NCBI RefSeq assembly: GCF_036321535.1
Contig: NC_087436.1
Location: 91,018,001 to 91,082,000, forward strand
DNA length: 64,000 nucleotides
Direction of reading: 5' to 3'
Origin: Camelus dromedarius
Taxonomy: Eukaryota
Below are positions 24,859 to 38,664 of the stretch, piece by piece (the stretch's first letter is position 1; every line of letters starts with the position of its first letter). A program made the position numbers and the translations under genes. The notes below the pieces were generated by a model. It was not told the DNA's origin, ran no database searches, and worked only from the letters and a program-made list of their open reading frames with translations.

Positions 24859-27607
24859 GAGGACACGAGGGATGAGTAAGTAGCTTACTTTCCCACCTGT
24901 TCATCACTGGCTGTTACAATCACTGAAATTTGGCAGGGGTTAGAATTACCACCCATTTGCCAATAAATAAATTGCTAAAGCTTTCAAGTGCTGCCATTTA
25001 CTTATTAGTTTATCCTTTTAATAAATATTTATTGGAGACATAAAGTGACAGAATACAGCCTCTAAAAGTTTACAATATAGTGGGAAAAGATAAAAGAATA
25101 AAAAGCCAAATCCCATCCCTCCGAAGTATCCTTGTGTATCACTTGGAGAACGTTCTTCTGGAACTAGCCATGTCTCTTTCCTGTTGTATATATAAACATG
25201 TTCATGTTATTATCTATACAATTATATCATTTCACATCAGCATACTCACATAAACATTCTACTTTATAATCTATTTTTTTAAAGAAAATGATGTATTGTG
25301 GAATGATGTATTTCCATGTCAATAAAATTGTAGGAGTGTTACATAGTGAGTGTTCTTTGGACCGCTGGTGATTCCATGGGCAGGTCAGCGTTTGCAGAAA
25401 AAAAACAAATGTAATTAACTTGTTTTCAAACATATTATAAATTTGAACTCTTAAGATTGATTATAATTTCATAGAAATCATATTATATTCTTAATAAAAA
25501 TTAATGTTCTCAAGTTCTGTGCATATATTTAAGTTATGTTGGTCACTTGTCTCAGCTTACATTAGATTAAGAGAATGTAATTCCTAGAGAAATTATTTTC
25601 ATGTCATTTGCATATAAATGTTTAGAAGTTTGCAGCTTCATTGGTTTCTACTGTAACAATGGATTGAATGGCCAAAAGTGGTTCATTGATGGTAAAACAA
25701 GTGATAAAAATAACAACAAAACTACAAGTTGAGAATAATATAATAAATTTAAGTCCAGAAAATCAGAGTATTATTGTTGTTGTTTTTAAATTTGGTCAAT
25801 GTCTTTACTGTGGCAGGGAGTGTGTTTGAGCAAGAGAGTGGGCAGACTGAAAGGAATTGTTAAGAGCATACAGTGTAAGAAATTGAGATTTTGGAAGTGT
25901 TCAGTTTCTGGTGATGCAAAGGTCTGGTGAAGTACAGAGATAGGTCATTGTATCTGAGCAGAATGTTAGTATCACTGAAGATCGTGCCAGAAATTTGGAG
26001 TGATGAGGAATATTCTCAGGCAGGAGCTAAAGTTCAGTCTTTTTGAATAATTCTTCTAAAACAATGCTAAGTAATACTGATTATAAGGAAAAGAACCGTT
26101 TTAGTCCTACTTTTAATAGACCTGATGTCACTCTTAAACATAGTACTAAGTGTTGGTTTGAAATATACCCTTTTATAATCTTTTTAAGAAAATGTGTCTC
26201 TACTGAAAGAAAAAACAGGCTTTTTTGGCATGTAGTTAAAAGTTCACATCTTCATTTTTCCTCTCTTGATCTTCTCATATTAATATTTGAAATACATTCT
26301 CTCAGTTTCATTTCTTATCTGTCTAACTTACTTTCATTAGTTGCTTGACTCTAACAATCTTTTGATCCCCACCAGGACCTATAAATCATTGACAAAGTCA
26401 TCTTTTCTATGCTCCTCATCCCTCTTGTGTCATCAATATCTTCTTTAAATTCCATAGGCAGTAATTATAATCACACCCTTGCTTGCATGTTCAACTTCCT
26501 TGGTCTCTCTCCATCCATCACTCCCATCTGGCAAAACTCCAGCCCAGCTTAAACCATATCCCCACACATACATGTGACAATAATAATAGTAATAAAATAA
26601 AATTGAGAAAAAAACACTAGTCTTGGAAAACTATGCAGGAAAAAGCCACTTTTGTAACCTCAAAAATGAGCAAAACCAAACAATGACTTTACTTGAGAAT
26701 TCATTCATCAAAAAAACAAAAGAAAAGAATTATAATCACAAAACTCAAGACTATGGTTACTTACTTGGCTGGGGGTGAGTAGGCAGAGGAATGAGCTGAG
26801 GAAAGAGCACATTATTGATAATATTCTAGTCCTTGATGTGAATAATGAGTTCTTGAGCTTTTATTGTTATGCATTATAACTTACATATATCTTACATATT
26901 TACATATATAAAGAAAATAGTATTTGCAGGTGTATACTTGAGAGAGCTTTGTAAGTTATTGTTAAGAGTTTTAGAATTTATCCTTTTTAAAAGTTGTTTG
27001 TTTTTTGATTTTCAAATTAACTCTGCATCCTGTATTTTTATTTGCTAATTCTATCAACCCTTTTCTTTGATCAATTTTGTTACACATTTGGGCAATAGTC
27101 TACTTTATCCATGTTTTGAAATTTATCATTATAGTGTTATTATGAAGAATTCTGAAACAAGCAATTCAAGTTTCTTTTCATCTATTTTTATTACACATGG
27201 CCCTTTCATATTTTATATATTTAGTTTTCCAGCTAGTATATCCAGTGTTTTATCTTTTTCCCTTTCCACTAGAATTACTAAAACAAATACATTTTTTTGC
27301 TTTTCAGTTTTCTAATTTATTAATTCACTTTTATTATCTGAATTCCACCCCTACATTTGTTTTTGTTATTCTCCCCCTTTTTTAAAAAAATGAGAAATAA
27401 ATACATTCCATATTACATATAGATTTTTTGGAGCACCAGAAACACTTTTCTCTAAAAATATTATAGATTAACTGTTTTGCAAGAGGAAAATGATGATACA
27501 TGGTAGCCATTTAAAAATGTTACGAGTTTAGTTAGTAACATTTGCAAAATGCTAGAGTTGTCTCTGTATTGAATGGAGGGAAATTAAACACACACACACA
27601 CACATCC

Positions 27608-28074
27608 TGTGAATGAAAAATACTGCAAACCATATCAGTAAACAAAGAATGCTGAAGCCATCAAGTCATCAGCCATCCCCCCAGTGAAGACAAGCCTGCA
27701 GCCCAGCCTCTGCAGCCACTCACAGTGGTGCACTCTGAGGGGACTCAGAATAAGACAGGACAGGATACTGGCACTAGATAGCTAGGTGCTTGTCAAAGGA
27801 ATGAATTCAATGAGCCCAAATATGTGCTTCCTCCCATAGAAAAGCACTAAATTCTTTAACTTGAGGTGCCTGGTTTTCTTTAGATAACAAGTAGTCCTTT
27901 ATTGTTCCAACTACCTGGTCTTTGTTGTAAAACTTCTATATATCTTAGCCCCTCCCCTACCTCTTTGGAGCAGTCCCTCAGAGCCATCTGAGAGGCTGTC
28001 ATCCTGGCTTGAGTCCTCCCACCAAATAAAACATAACTCTCAACTTTTAGGCTGTGCATTTATTTCAGTTGACA
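27608..28074 (+). mobile_element. ERV1-type solo LTR (probably lineage-specific)
   Basis: TG...CA termini, TATA-like 'ctatatatc' at ~27936, AATAAA at 28025-28030, U5 end 'tttatttcagttgaca'. Confidence 0.75.
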
Positions 28075-28418
28075 ACACACATGGAGTTTTTCTCTTGCTG
28101 TATCAACTAAAGATAAAGTTAAATCTATCTTACAGAGAAATTTCTTTGATTAATCAAGTATTCCTTTTTTCTATCAGTTTCCTCATCAACTTAAAAAAAT
28201 GCCTTTTATATTATAGGATAAAAATGTATTCATGCTTTAATTGATTCCCAGTTGGATAAACATAGTCCATACTTTATTTTAACCAAAGACAGAATTGTGT
28301 TTTTTAACTGTACAATTTTATGCTAACTTATAAATGTTTGACCAGTTTATCTTTGTTGTCCCTTATTTATCAATGAAACTTTCTGAAGTAAATTTTTCTG
28401 TAAGTAGGATATTAACTA

Positions 28419-28925
28419 TGTCAACTGAAATAAAATCACACAATGTGAGAGCTGTGGGTTAAGTTTTATTTGGGGCAAAATGAGGAGTATAGCCTGGGAG
28501 ACAGCATCCCAGAAAGCTCTGAGAAACTGTTCCAAGGAGGCAGGGGAAACTCAGCATTATATATGATTTCAGTGCAGGGGGGACGTGCAGTCAGGCACAC
28601 ATTAGGGCAGAGGTTGCTGCTAGTCACAAAGAGCAGCTGTCACCATTAATGATTTTAGTGCTTTTCTAGATATGAGGAGATGCATGAATTGGGGGTCATA
28701 AAATCTTCTCCTGAAAATACCTAACTATCCGAAGGCCTGTTCAGCCAGTTTTCCCAGAGCACAGAGCGCCTCATTCCTGATCTCCACCCTGAACTCCTTT
28801 CAGGGTGTGTTGGAGGTCAGCAGCTGCAGGGACTCGTGATTTAATCCAAGCAGAGTTAGATGGAAAGTGCCAGTGTGATCCAATCTTTGTAGAGGCAGAT
28901 GGCAAGTGCCAATTTTTAGTTAGCA
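28419..28925 (-). mobile_element. ERV1-type solo LTR (probably lineage-specific)
   Basis: TG...CA termini, 4-bp TSD acta/gcta (1 mismatch), reverse poly(A) signal 'ttttatt' at ~28464, and the same U5 end 'tttatttcagttgaca' on the - strand. Confidence 0.8.
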
Positions 28926-29513
28926 GCTACAGCACATGTGTTTTGATATTTAATATTCTTTTTATAATCATTTTCTAAATAATTTGCAAGGGAGATTTTA
29001 AATTCTTCTTGGTGCCAATATTATTTTAATATTTTTTTCTTAACATTTCTAAGTGGTTGCATTTTGGTTGTTTATATCTTTTTTATTTGTAGATTAATTT
29101 CACTGTCATCAAAGAATGTAGTTTGCATTCTTTGGGGAATCACCTGACATTTTCTTTGTGGCCCAACAGAGGGTCAACGTTTGAAATTTTTTATAAGTAA
29201 TTTTAAAAGGTATGTTCTTTATTTATGTAATATAAGCTTTTCTCTCTATAAAGCTATTTGAATGATCTGTTATTCAGATTTCTATTATTTCTTGGATTAC
29301 CTTTGCTTCTTTTAAGAAAGACATGTCTTAAACTATCTTACTAGTAATATGTTTTTCTGTTTCCTTCTTTACTTGCAGCAGTTTTTATTCATATATTTCA
29401 ACTGCACAGTAATTACCCACCTCAATTACTAGATTCTCCTCACTTTGGTATAAAAAATAGATATATTTCCACCACAAGACCATGAACACTTTCAGGAGAG
29501 ACACTGAACTTAC

Positions 29514-29529
29514 CGTTACATTTCCATGG
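29514..29529 (-). other. Candidate 16-nt microexon (CCATGGAAATGTAACG)
   Basis: Minus strand reads 'aaaactaagatttctcctctctattgttttccag|' exon '|gtaagttcag': branch-like CTAAG, a long pyrimidine tract and a consensus GTAAGT donor. Confidence 0.45.
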
Positions 29530-30426
29530 CTGGAAAACAATAGAGAGGAGAAATCTTAGTTTTGAGTGAATGGCATTATTCTAAGATTTAAGCTTATAGA
29601 GGATGAAAAGCATTGCCCTCTGGAGTTTACACTCTGGGGAGGACATAAGGCACAAAGCATTTGCGCTAAGTGATTAATTCTCATCCTACACGTAGTACAA
29701 GCCATCCGGCACAAACACCTTGCATCTATACCTCCTCTCTGGAACTCTCCCTTTAAGTGATACAAAAGATCTTATTTCATGAAATAAGTATGTAGACTTT
29801 CAGTAAACTTAGCCATGAGTAAATTTTTAGTAAAACTTTACAGTTCTTAAAGAGCAGGAAACTTTGGCATCTGCGATTGAGGGATGTTCTATTTTAGGAG
29901 CTGTAACATCAGGGTCTATAATTTATTCAGTCTATTTTTACCTATATCACGAACTGTTCTTTCGGATATTGTTTAAAACAGTTGATATATTGCTGTCATT
30001 GTAATCATTGTTCAATATTTATTGACCATGGGCCAGGATCTGTTATAAAATTCTATATGCTGAGCATATGAAACAGAGAAAACAGCAGAGCTCAGCTAAA
30101 TATTAACTACTATTCCCCTTTCCTTGGAATCGTACCAAGACTTTGGGAAATGTCATAATTCCTCTTTAGCAATATATCTGTGCTGTGTAACTAAAACCTA
30201 CTTAAAATACTTGTCTATGAGGTAGAAACAGTAAGTTAGGTTCTCCTCAGTAATTAACGATGAAACTTTTAAACGAGATGCATATAATACACAAGAACTC
30301 CTCTGGACATGAAACCTGGCAAAAGCTTTCTCACACATTTCTTCCAAGGTAGAGGCAGGACTGACATGTCAGGAGTGCTTTTTCATGTGTGGGACAGTAA
30401 CCAGTATACAGTGGCTTAATAAAAAG

Positions 30427-30569
30427 CACAGGGAACTATATTCAACATCTTGTATTAACCTATAATGAAAAAGAATATGAAAAAGAATATGTATAACTGA
30501 ATCACTATGTTGTACACCAGAGAGTGACACAACATTGTAAATCAACTATACTTCAATAAAAATTAGATT
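30427..30569 (+). mobile_element. Short 5'-truncated L1 3' end inserted in an older MLT-like LTR
   Basis: 'cacagggaactatattcaa...ctataatgaaaaagaatatg...acaacattgtaaatcaactatacttcaataaaaa', flanked by TAAAAAG repeats (30420-30426, 30570-30576). Confidence 0.85.
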
Positions 30570-32389
30570 TAAAAAGGTTTATTCTTTGCGCACCACAAGC
30601 AGCGTGGAGGAAGTGAAGCCTGTCTTCATGGTGCTCTTGCTGTCCTGGGCTGTTTCACCTTCCTGGTGGTGGGCCCTCCTCAGTGGAAGGATTTTTTTCT
30701 TCGTGTTGTCATCTAATCACAAAATGGCTGAGGTATCCTTAGCATCCTGTCTGCTTTGCAAACAAAAAAGCAAAGGAATGGAAGAAAGAAGGGCAGGGCC
30801 TTACATCAGAGAGAGCAAAGCTTTCCTAGAAAGCCTCAGCTTCGGTCTTAGGCCACAAATCATGTCGCTTGACCACGCCTCGCTGTAAGGGAACCTAAGG
30901 AGTTGAATGTTTTTAACTGGGTATGTCACCATCATGCAAAAGCAGTTTTCTTTTCTTTTTTTTTTTTCAGGAAGAAGGAGAAAGGACTGTTTTGTACTCA
31001 TGAGCAGTTTTCCACGGGGACCTTTCTTTCATACTGGGTAGATCACTGCCTAGCATTAGATCAACATTTCTATCTATGCCCTGAGAGATACAGACAGGCA
31101 GACAGGCAAGGCCGTGGTGAGCTCACAGGGTATATTTTGTGAGAATTTGGAAAAAGGTAGATGTACTGAGGGAATGCAGTCCTATGTTGGAGCTGTGCCT
31201 TACATTTCAGCCTCCACTTACCTGTTTGTCAAAATGCCTGTGTGCAGTGAACAACCTGTACAGCTGTATGTGGCAGCCCTAGCGACAGGACAGAGGTAGA
31301 GTAGAAGGAGGGGATTAGTGACTGATCTTGGCTTCTTTGATGGAGATCCACTTGGTTCTATCTACTCTGCCCTTCTTTCATTTGAAAACAAAAACAACCA
31401 TGCTCGACAATTACTACGTGTTAGCAGAAACTGTGAGGAAGATGTATGACATATTTTGCAGTCTTAATGAAATTTTCCTGGTGTCTTGTAAACTTTTGAT
31501 AGCTGATGACAAAAAGGAAAGGATATTCCCTACTTCCTAGGGATATTTAAGCAAAACCTCAAGTCATCACAAAGAGCTGTCAGTGAGTAGGTTATTAAAT
31601 AAATGTGAAGAGTTGTAATAATTATTACAGAAGCATGTGAACAGTGTATCTCAAGGAAACAATATTCTCCTCTGCAACTGGGATGTAGTCAACACTGCTG
31701 AAAGGAGAATACTGAGGCTGTCATCGTCCATCCTTCACTGTCCTTCTGCTGGATTTGGGATCCTTTCCCCCTCTGTGTAGAATAATTTAACAATCCCAAA
31801 AGGAAGTGCACATGACATCTCTCAGCCATGATTGTATTTACTCCATCTCTCCTGTTTCATCTTGATAGAGACGCTGTTGCCATCTTTCTGAATGTGGTGC
31901 TGTTTGCAGAACATAAGATATGATCGCTCTTTAAATAGAATGCTTGCCAATCATCCTTAACTGCCTTCTCTTAAGGCACTTTGTCTTTCAGGCAGGGTTA
32001 TCAAGAGTAGGCTCAGCTCTTTGTTTGAATCTGTCAGATCTTATATTGCTTCATTACTCCTTGCTCTGTCCTCAGTTCAGCTCTGGATATTTTTGCCCTG
32101 CTATGTTTTTAAAAGAAGTTTAATAATTAGAATATATTCTGTATAAGGAAATAGACTCCTAGCTGCATACTATATTTTATTTAAATAACCTATTTATTAA
32201 AGCATCAGAGGAGAGACTTTAAGAAGTCACCTGGCCCAGCTCTTACCCTGCTTTGATCATTTGCCAAACAATTGGCATCTGATGGTCACTTTCCTTGTTA
32301 ATGTTTTTACACAGTCTGCAATCTTTCTTGCTATCATTTTGCATTAATCATCCCTGTGTACACAGTTTTCCGTGTCCATCCACTCATTC

Positions 32390-35060
32390 ATCCATTAATT
32401 TCTAGTTTTATTGTACTGTATTCAGAAAGTGCTGTTTGTAGTAATCCTACTTGCTGAAACTTAAGAATGCCTTCTCTGTGATCCAGCATGTGATTGATCC
32501 TTGTGAGTGTTTCTTAATGCACTTGAGAGGAGGATATGCCCTTTATTATTAGGATGTAAATTTCAATATACATTCATAAAATTGATTATGTTATTATTGT
32601 CCATATCTTTCATTATTTTGGGCCCACTTGGTTTGTTTTATACTAAAAGTAGTATGCAAAAGGCTCCTAGTATAAGTTTTCCCCCCCAAAAAAAGCTTGA
32701 ATCGCTTGTAGTTTCTGCTTTATCAAGGTGGTTGCTATGTTATATCTGACAGATATCTACATTCATTGTGTATAGTAGCTTTCAGTATTAAAAAAGCGTC
32801 CTTTTTCAGGGTGACTGTTTTCTGGCTTGAATTCTGATTTGGTTTGCTTTATATAGATGTTGAAACTCCAGTTTTCATAATGTTTCCCTTTGGCTGGTAT
32901 AACATTACTTTCACTTTATTTTCAGCTTCTCTGAATCACTTTGTTTTAGGTGTGTCTCTTGTACACAACATACAGTTTTTGTCTTGTGAGATCAATTGAG
33001 GTATTTTTATTTTATTGGGTAAGTTAAGCCCATTCTCATTTATTGAAATGACTGGTATTTTTGAACTGAACTCTCATATTATTTTATATTATAAATTGCT
33101 ATATTATCTTTCCTGCTCTTCTTTCTTATGTGATGTGTTTCCTTTTCTCTTCTTAAAAATTATTTTCTGTTTAGAAAGTTCTGTATTTTTGTTCCAGGAA
33201 TTTTACACTTTATACTTCTTAATGCCCTGTATCAAGTTTTCTTATATGACCATTTACTATCTGGGTTGATAAATGTCTTATTGATATTTAGTGTCAGTTT
33301 TTAGTGATACCTACCTATTACCTATACAACAGTCAATATCTTTATTTAACTTTTCTGTTTCCCTCTTCTTCTCTACCCATGTTTAGTTGCAATATTTCTT
33401 TTTCAAAGCATATGATATTTATATATTATTCTTCCAATCTTGTCTCCATCCTTTGCTTTCATCTTAGATGTGAAATTACATATGTAATTTCTTTACCACC
33501 AGTCCTTTTGCTAGCATTTCTCCAATTATCTCTTGGTTGGATGAAGGTTATTTTCTACTATATTTCTCAAGAGAGCTCATGGGCACAGAAATTTCCTAGA
33601 TCTTGAATGTGTAAAATTGTTTTTCTATAGCCTTGATGCTTGAAGGAGAGATTAGTTGGGAATAAAATCCTTGGTCCACAATTTTTATCCTTGAGCTTCT
33701 TGAAAATGCTGCACCATTGTTGCCATGCTTTGAATGTTGCTTTTCTAATTCCCTTTCCCTTGCAAATTCTTTGATAATATTGCACAGAGGCATGGAGGCT
33801 ATTTTCATCTTATTTGACTTTAAGTCAAATATTTTAATAGACTGAAGTCTACAAGTCAAATATTTTAATAGTATATACCACAGAGTTGGTTGCTGCAAGC
33901 AAATTTTCCCAGCAACTTAGTAGGCCCTTTAAATATGTAGATTGAGCTCGTCTTTTATTTTTGCAAGGATTCCTTGGATTATATATTTAAATATTAGTTT
34001 TGCTCAATTGTTTCATGTTGTTTGTCTGGTCAATAATTTTATATCTGTTGAATTTTCTTTGATATCCTCCTGCTTTTTTCTCTTTCTTCTTTTATTCTCT
34101 TTTACTTTTTTTATTATTTCACTTTTGTCCTTTAGATTGTTTGCCTCCTTCTGTTCAATAGCTTTTATTAAATTTTCTTTGAATTTATTCTCCTTTGGGG
34201 AATCTTGTAATTTTGTCATCATGTTTGATATCATTTTGTCTTTTCTTCCACTTCCGTCTCGAGTTCAATCATTTCTCATTTCATTTCTTCATGTTTTTAT
34301 ATACATACTTTAATTTTTGAATTTATGATTCAAGGTGTTTTAGTTTCTTATCTCCAGTTACTTTATTAATGCTATTTGGTTCAGTGTGGTTTGTCGTGTT
34401 ACAGTTTTATTGTATTACTTTGTGTTTTTTCCTGGAGGGGGAGGGTGCTTACTAGCAGAAATATTTAGTCCCCATTTTTATTTTATTTTTTTTAGTAGCT
34501 TTGTAAAATAAATCCTGCTTGCACCTCTATATTTCTTGGACAAGTGTGGTGATTATATATAGTTGAAGGATACCTCATGTCAGATTAAATCACTTCAGTC
34601 TCTTTCGTGGCTGACTTTCTTCTTTTTTTGTCGGTGAGGAAGTGGTTGTTTCCTTGGTAATTTTTGCTTTACTTCTGTCTTGAGGGATTGTACAGTTTCT
34701 CCTCTTGCTTCTTTTACCCTTTACCACATAGTCTTCAACAGTGTGTCTCCCTTCCTTTTGACCTTTCTTTCCCCAGGAGGGTCACCTTCCCAGGACTGCC
34801 TCCTTGTGTGCACTTTTAAATCCCCTTCCTGTGGTCTGTGTTCTGAAGCACCAGAATTCTTCTTTAGTACTTTTTACATGTAAGGAGGACTTCCTCTTTC
34901 TGGGAGATTTTATCTCAGTCTTCTGTTCTCTATTTAGCACGGTTTTTCTGGACCTCCACACTTCTCTGCAAAGTCTTGCATCAGGGACTTGATAAATAGG
35001 TATGCTGGGATTGGTGTTTATTTTATTATTTTTAAAATTTATAAGTAATTGAAATTTGTT
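32390..35060 (-). mobile_element. Ancient L1 (L1M5/L1ME/HAL1-type) fragment including ORF1
   Basis: Minus ORF 33567-33785 'AWQQWCSIFKKLKDKNCGPRILFPTNLSFK' resembles the L1 ORF1p C-terminal motif (RRQW..IF..LK..NCQPRILYPAKLSF). ORF 34013-34234 resembles a coiled coil, and the + strand is T-rich. Confidence 0.75.
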
Positions 35061-36619
35061 ATGTGGAAAAGAGAGCTGCATGTCTTATTTATTCACATAG
35101 TTTTGGAAGATAGCTAGAGAGATTTAGATTTAGACACCTGTGACACTATGTGGAAGTCCTCTATTGCCCCTGTTTCATAGATGAGACAACCAAGACTCGG
35201 TGAATTCAGATATTTACCAAAACCCAGCTTAAACGTCACATGTCCACTTAACCACTATCCATACTGCTTCTGAAAATTCAAATACAGTTACATTTTCATA
35301 TTCATCCAACCAACATACGTTATTCACAGTAGTGACTTCAAGAAGCAAATCTGACATGGTAGCAGGATAGCCTATCAAAGTGGTCCAGCTGTTTAAGGGA
35401 CAGCTTTAAAATGAGATGGTCCAAGCCTTCAGGGAGAGTAAGTGAGTAAGGTCAGCGTGGACAGATAAACTGTGAAAATAGGCAATGTGAAATGGACCAA
35501 AGTACACAATGAAAGAAACCAACTTCAGCAACAGTAAAGAAGTAAAAAAAAGTGAGGTTAGGAAGGTGTCATTTGTTTTCAAGGGGAGGAATCAGCATAA
35601 GCATTAGTTGAAGTCCAAGATGAGTACAATTAGGGAGATATATTTGTCCTTTCCTGGAAGCTTAAAGCCAAATAAAATTAATGGGATACAACCAATCTTT
35701 TAAATAATCCTCCCCTTTAAAAAATTAAGATTTGCTATTTGCTTGGGTACATGTGATCTGAATCTGAAAATGGTAAGGTGTATTTTCAGAGTAGTCACCT
35801 TCAAATATTTGAGGACTGGAGAGAGGAAGCTGCATTAATTATCACTTGAAGACTCAGAAGAAAGTGGGTCTGTGATCATGCAGTAAAACAGGTGCCTTTG
35901 GAAAAACTAAATGTTCCCACTGATACATTGTATTTCTATACCTCATATTAACTCTGAGAAATGGCAAATCCAACCTGTGGATTTAGGGGATGCTTAATAT
36001 GAAATAAGTGAGAGCTCAGCATGTTTCTCAAGAATTCTTGCTCTTCTAAGATATTTAGAGGCTATGGAAACCAGTCTAAAACCTCATCTGCCTAATGCCA
36101 GCCTGGTATGTTTCTGGCAAGCAGGCCTAAGGTTTTGATGTTATGGTTGTCATTTGTTACTTTCATATTCTTCTCAGGGGGAAAGTGGCCTGGTGGAGTA
36201 GGCAGACAGACAGAATTTTGTAACCTTCAGTCTGTTTTACATTTGAGTGCTTTATTTTGTGTTAAAAATGTTTCTTGTACACATACTTCTAAAATCAATA
36301 ATTGCCTTACTTACAAAGAACAGAGATTCAGCTTCTTGGTGGATAAATCTAATTCTAGAGAACATCAGCAACACTTAACATTATATTCATACTCAGAAGA
36401 GGGCACAAGATTTTCCTGAGAGATATACAGAAAATGTACTGTAATTTAGGGACAGCATCTCTCTGCATTATAGTGAAATAAGCCATTTACCGCATGTAGT
36501 CATCTGCTTCATTTGACATTGTTGATTCCTCTCTCCACCTGACCTTCTCCTTGTTTGCACACTTCTCTTTTTCCCCATCCATCTGGGATAAAATGGTGAA
36601 TTTATTTTTATCTCATATT

Positions 36620-37540
36620 TTATAATTTTTGATTTTAATAAAATGTACTTAATATAGTATTTACCATCATAACTACTTTAAAATCACACAGTTCAGTGGT
36701 ATTAAGTATATATATATCGTGTAAGCATCACCATCCTCCCTCTCCAGAACTCTTCTCATGTTCTAAGACTGAAACTGTTTACTCATTAAGCAATAACTCC
36801 CCATTTCTCCCTCCTCCCACCCTTGGCAACCACCATTTACTTCCTGTATCTATGATTGTGACTATGCTAGGTATGTCATATAGATGGAATCATACAATAC
36901 TGGCCTTTTTGTGACTGACTTGTTTCACTTGGCATAATGTCCTCAAGGTTTATCTATGTTGTAGCATGTGTCAAAACTTCCTTTTTAAGGCCAAATATAT
37001 TCTATTGCTTGTGTATACCACATTCTAATCCATTCCTCTGTCAGTAGACGTTCAGTTTGCATCCACGTTTCAGCTATTATGGATAATGCTGCTAGAACAT
37101 GGCTGGACAAATGTCTCTTCAGGACCCTGCTTTCAGCTCTTTTGTGTGTGCACCCAGATGTGCAGTTGCTGGGCCATATGGTAATTCTAAGTTTTTGAAG
37201 AACTTTTGAAGAACTGCCATATTGTTTTCCAGGTGACTGCACCACTTGACTTTCCCACCAACAGTGCATAACGGTTCCAATTTCTCCACATCATCAACAA
37301 AACTTGTTATTTTCTTTTTTTTTAATACTAGACATCCTAATGTGTGTGAAGTGGTGTCTTGTGGTTTTTATTTGCATTTCCCTGATGATTAGTGATACTG
37401 AAGAACTTTCCCATGCTCATTAGCCGTTCATGTATCTTCTTTGGAGAAATGTCTGTTTAAGTCCCTTGCCCATCTTTGAATTGTGTTATTTGTTTATTGT
37501 TGTTGAGTTTTAGGAGTTCTCTATATATTCTGGATATTCC
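36620..37540 (-). mobile_element. L1MB-like 3' end
   Basis: Reverse L1 text 'ccttggcaaccaccatttacttcctgtatctatga', 'tcccaccaacagtgcataacggttccaatttctccacatc', 'tgtatcttctttggagaaatgtctgtttaagtcc'. Confidence 0.9.
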
Positions 37541-37584
37541 ATTTTTTTCTCTTTTATGAACATTTCTTTCTTTCTCTGTTCTTT

Positions 37585-37780
37585 AGTTGAGTATTTCTCT
37601 AAGTGTGGCCTGCAAACACTGTAACCAGAATCCCTTGGAATATGTGCTCGGGAGACACAATCTCTGAATCCGCCACTCCTACCTACTGAGTCAGTCACTA
37701 AACTAAAAACCCAAGATGAGGCATTTTAACCAGCTTTCTGGGTGGAACTTCACAAAGACTAACATTTGAGAACATTTCCT
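37585..37780. mobile_element. MER5-like hAT-Charlie MITE
   Basis: 'tttctctaagtgtggcc...accagaatcccttggaa...cctactgagtcag...gcattttaaccagc...tttgagaac'. Confidence 0.55.
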
Positions 37781-38236
37781 TAAATGTTGGCCCTTTCTAG
37801 GGTTTCTTTTCCAGCTCACTGTTCTCAATCTCATAGTTTAAATACCACCTACTGATATGCTGACAACTTTCAAAGGTATTATTTTCAGTCCTGAACATTT
37901 ATTTTCATATATCCAGCAGATCCAGACACCTCAAAGTCAACACATGTAAAAGCGAACTTCCTATCTTACACCATAAACCTGCTCCTTCATGTATAGTCCC
38001 TATTGGTAGCACCATCATCCATCATCTATCATCCAGGCACTGAAGTTGGAAACCTGGAAGTTGGAAAATTGGAAACAGTTTTTCCCCCCTCTCTTCAGCC
38101 AGTCCATCAATGCATGCAACAGATTTCACTTCCAAGTATGTCTCAAACATTTGCCTGCTTCTCTGATACAACTATCATTGATACAATTACGGTTTTCGCC
38201 ATGTCTCAGCTGGGCTCTCTCCTCCCTCTTCTTTTT

Positions 38237-38664
38237 CTTTCTTTCTTTTTTTTTAATTGAAGTATAGTCAGTTTGCAATGTAGTGTCAGTTTCTGGTGTA
38301 CAGCACAATAGTTCAGTCATACATATACATACTTATATTCATTTTCATATTGTTTTTCATTACAGGTTACTACAAGATACTGAATATAGCTTCCTGTGCT
38401 ATATGGTATGAACTTGTTGTTTATCTATTTTATATATAGTAGTTAGTATCTGCAAATCTCAAACTCCCAATTTATCTGTTCCCACCTGCTTCCCCCTCTG
38501 GTAACCATAAGTTTGTTCTCTATGTCTGTAAGTCTGTTTCTGATTTGTAAATAAGTTCATTTGTGGCTTTTTTTAGAGTCCACATATAAGTGATATCATA
38601 TGGTATTTTTCTTTCTCTTTTTGACTTACTTTGCTTAAAATGACAATCTCCAGATCCATCCATG
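38237..38664 (-). mobile_element. 5'-truncated cetartiodactyl-type L1 3' end with a 59-bp TSD
   Basis: T-rich tail, then 'ttaattgaagtatagtcagtttgcaatgtagtgtcagtttctggtgtacagca...atagcttcctgtgctata'. Direct repeats at 38178-38236 and 38665-38723. Confidence 0.9.

Noticed and set aside
33015..34313. Hydrophobic F/L/I-rich + strand ORFs resembling membrane proteins
   Set aside because: They are antisense translations of A-rich L1 sequence, a compositional artefact.
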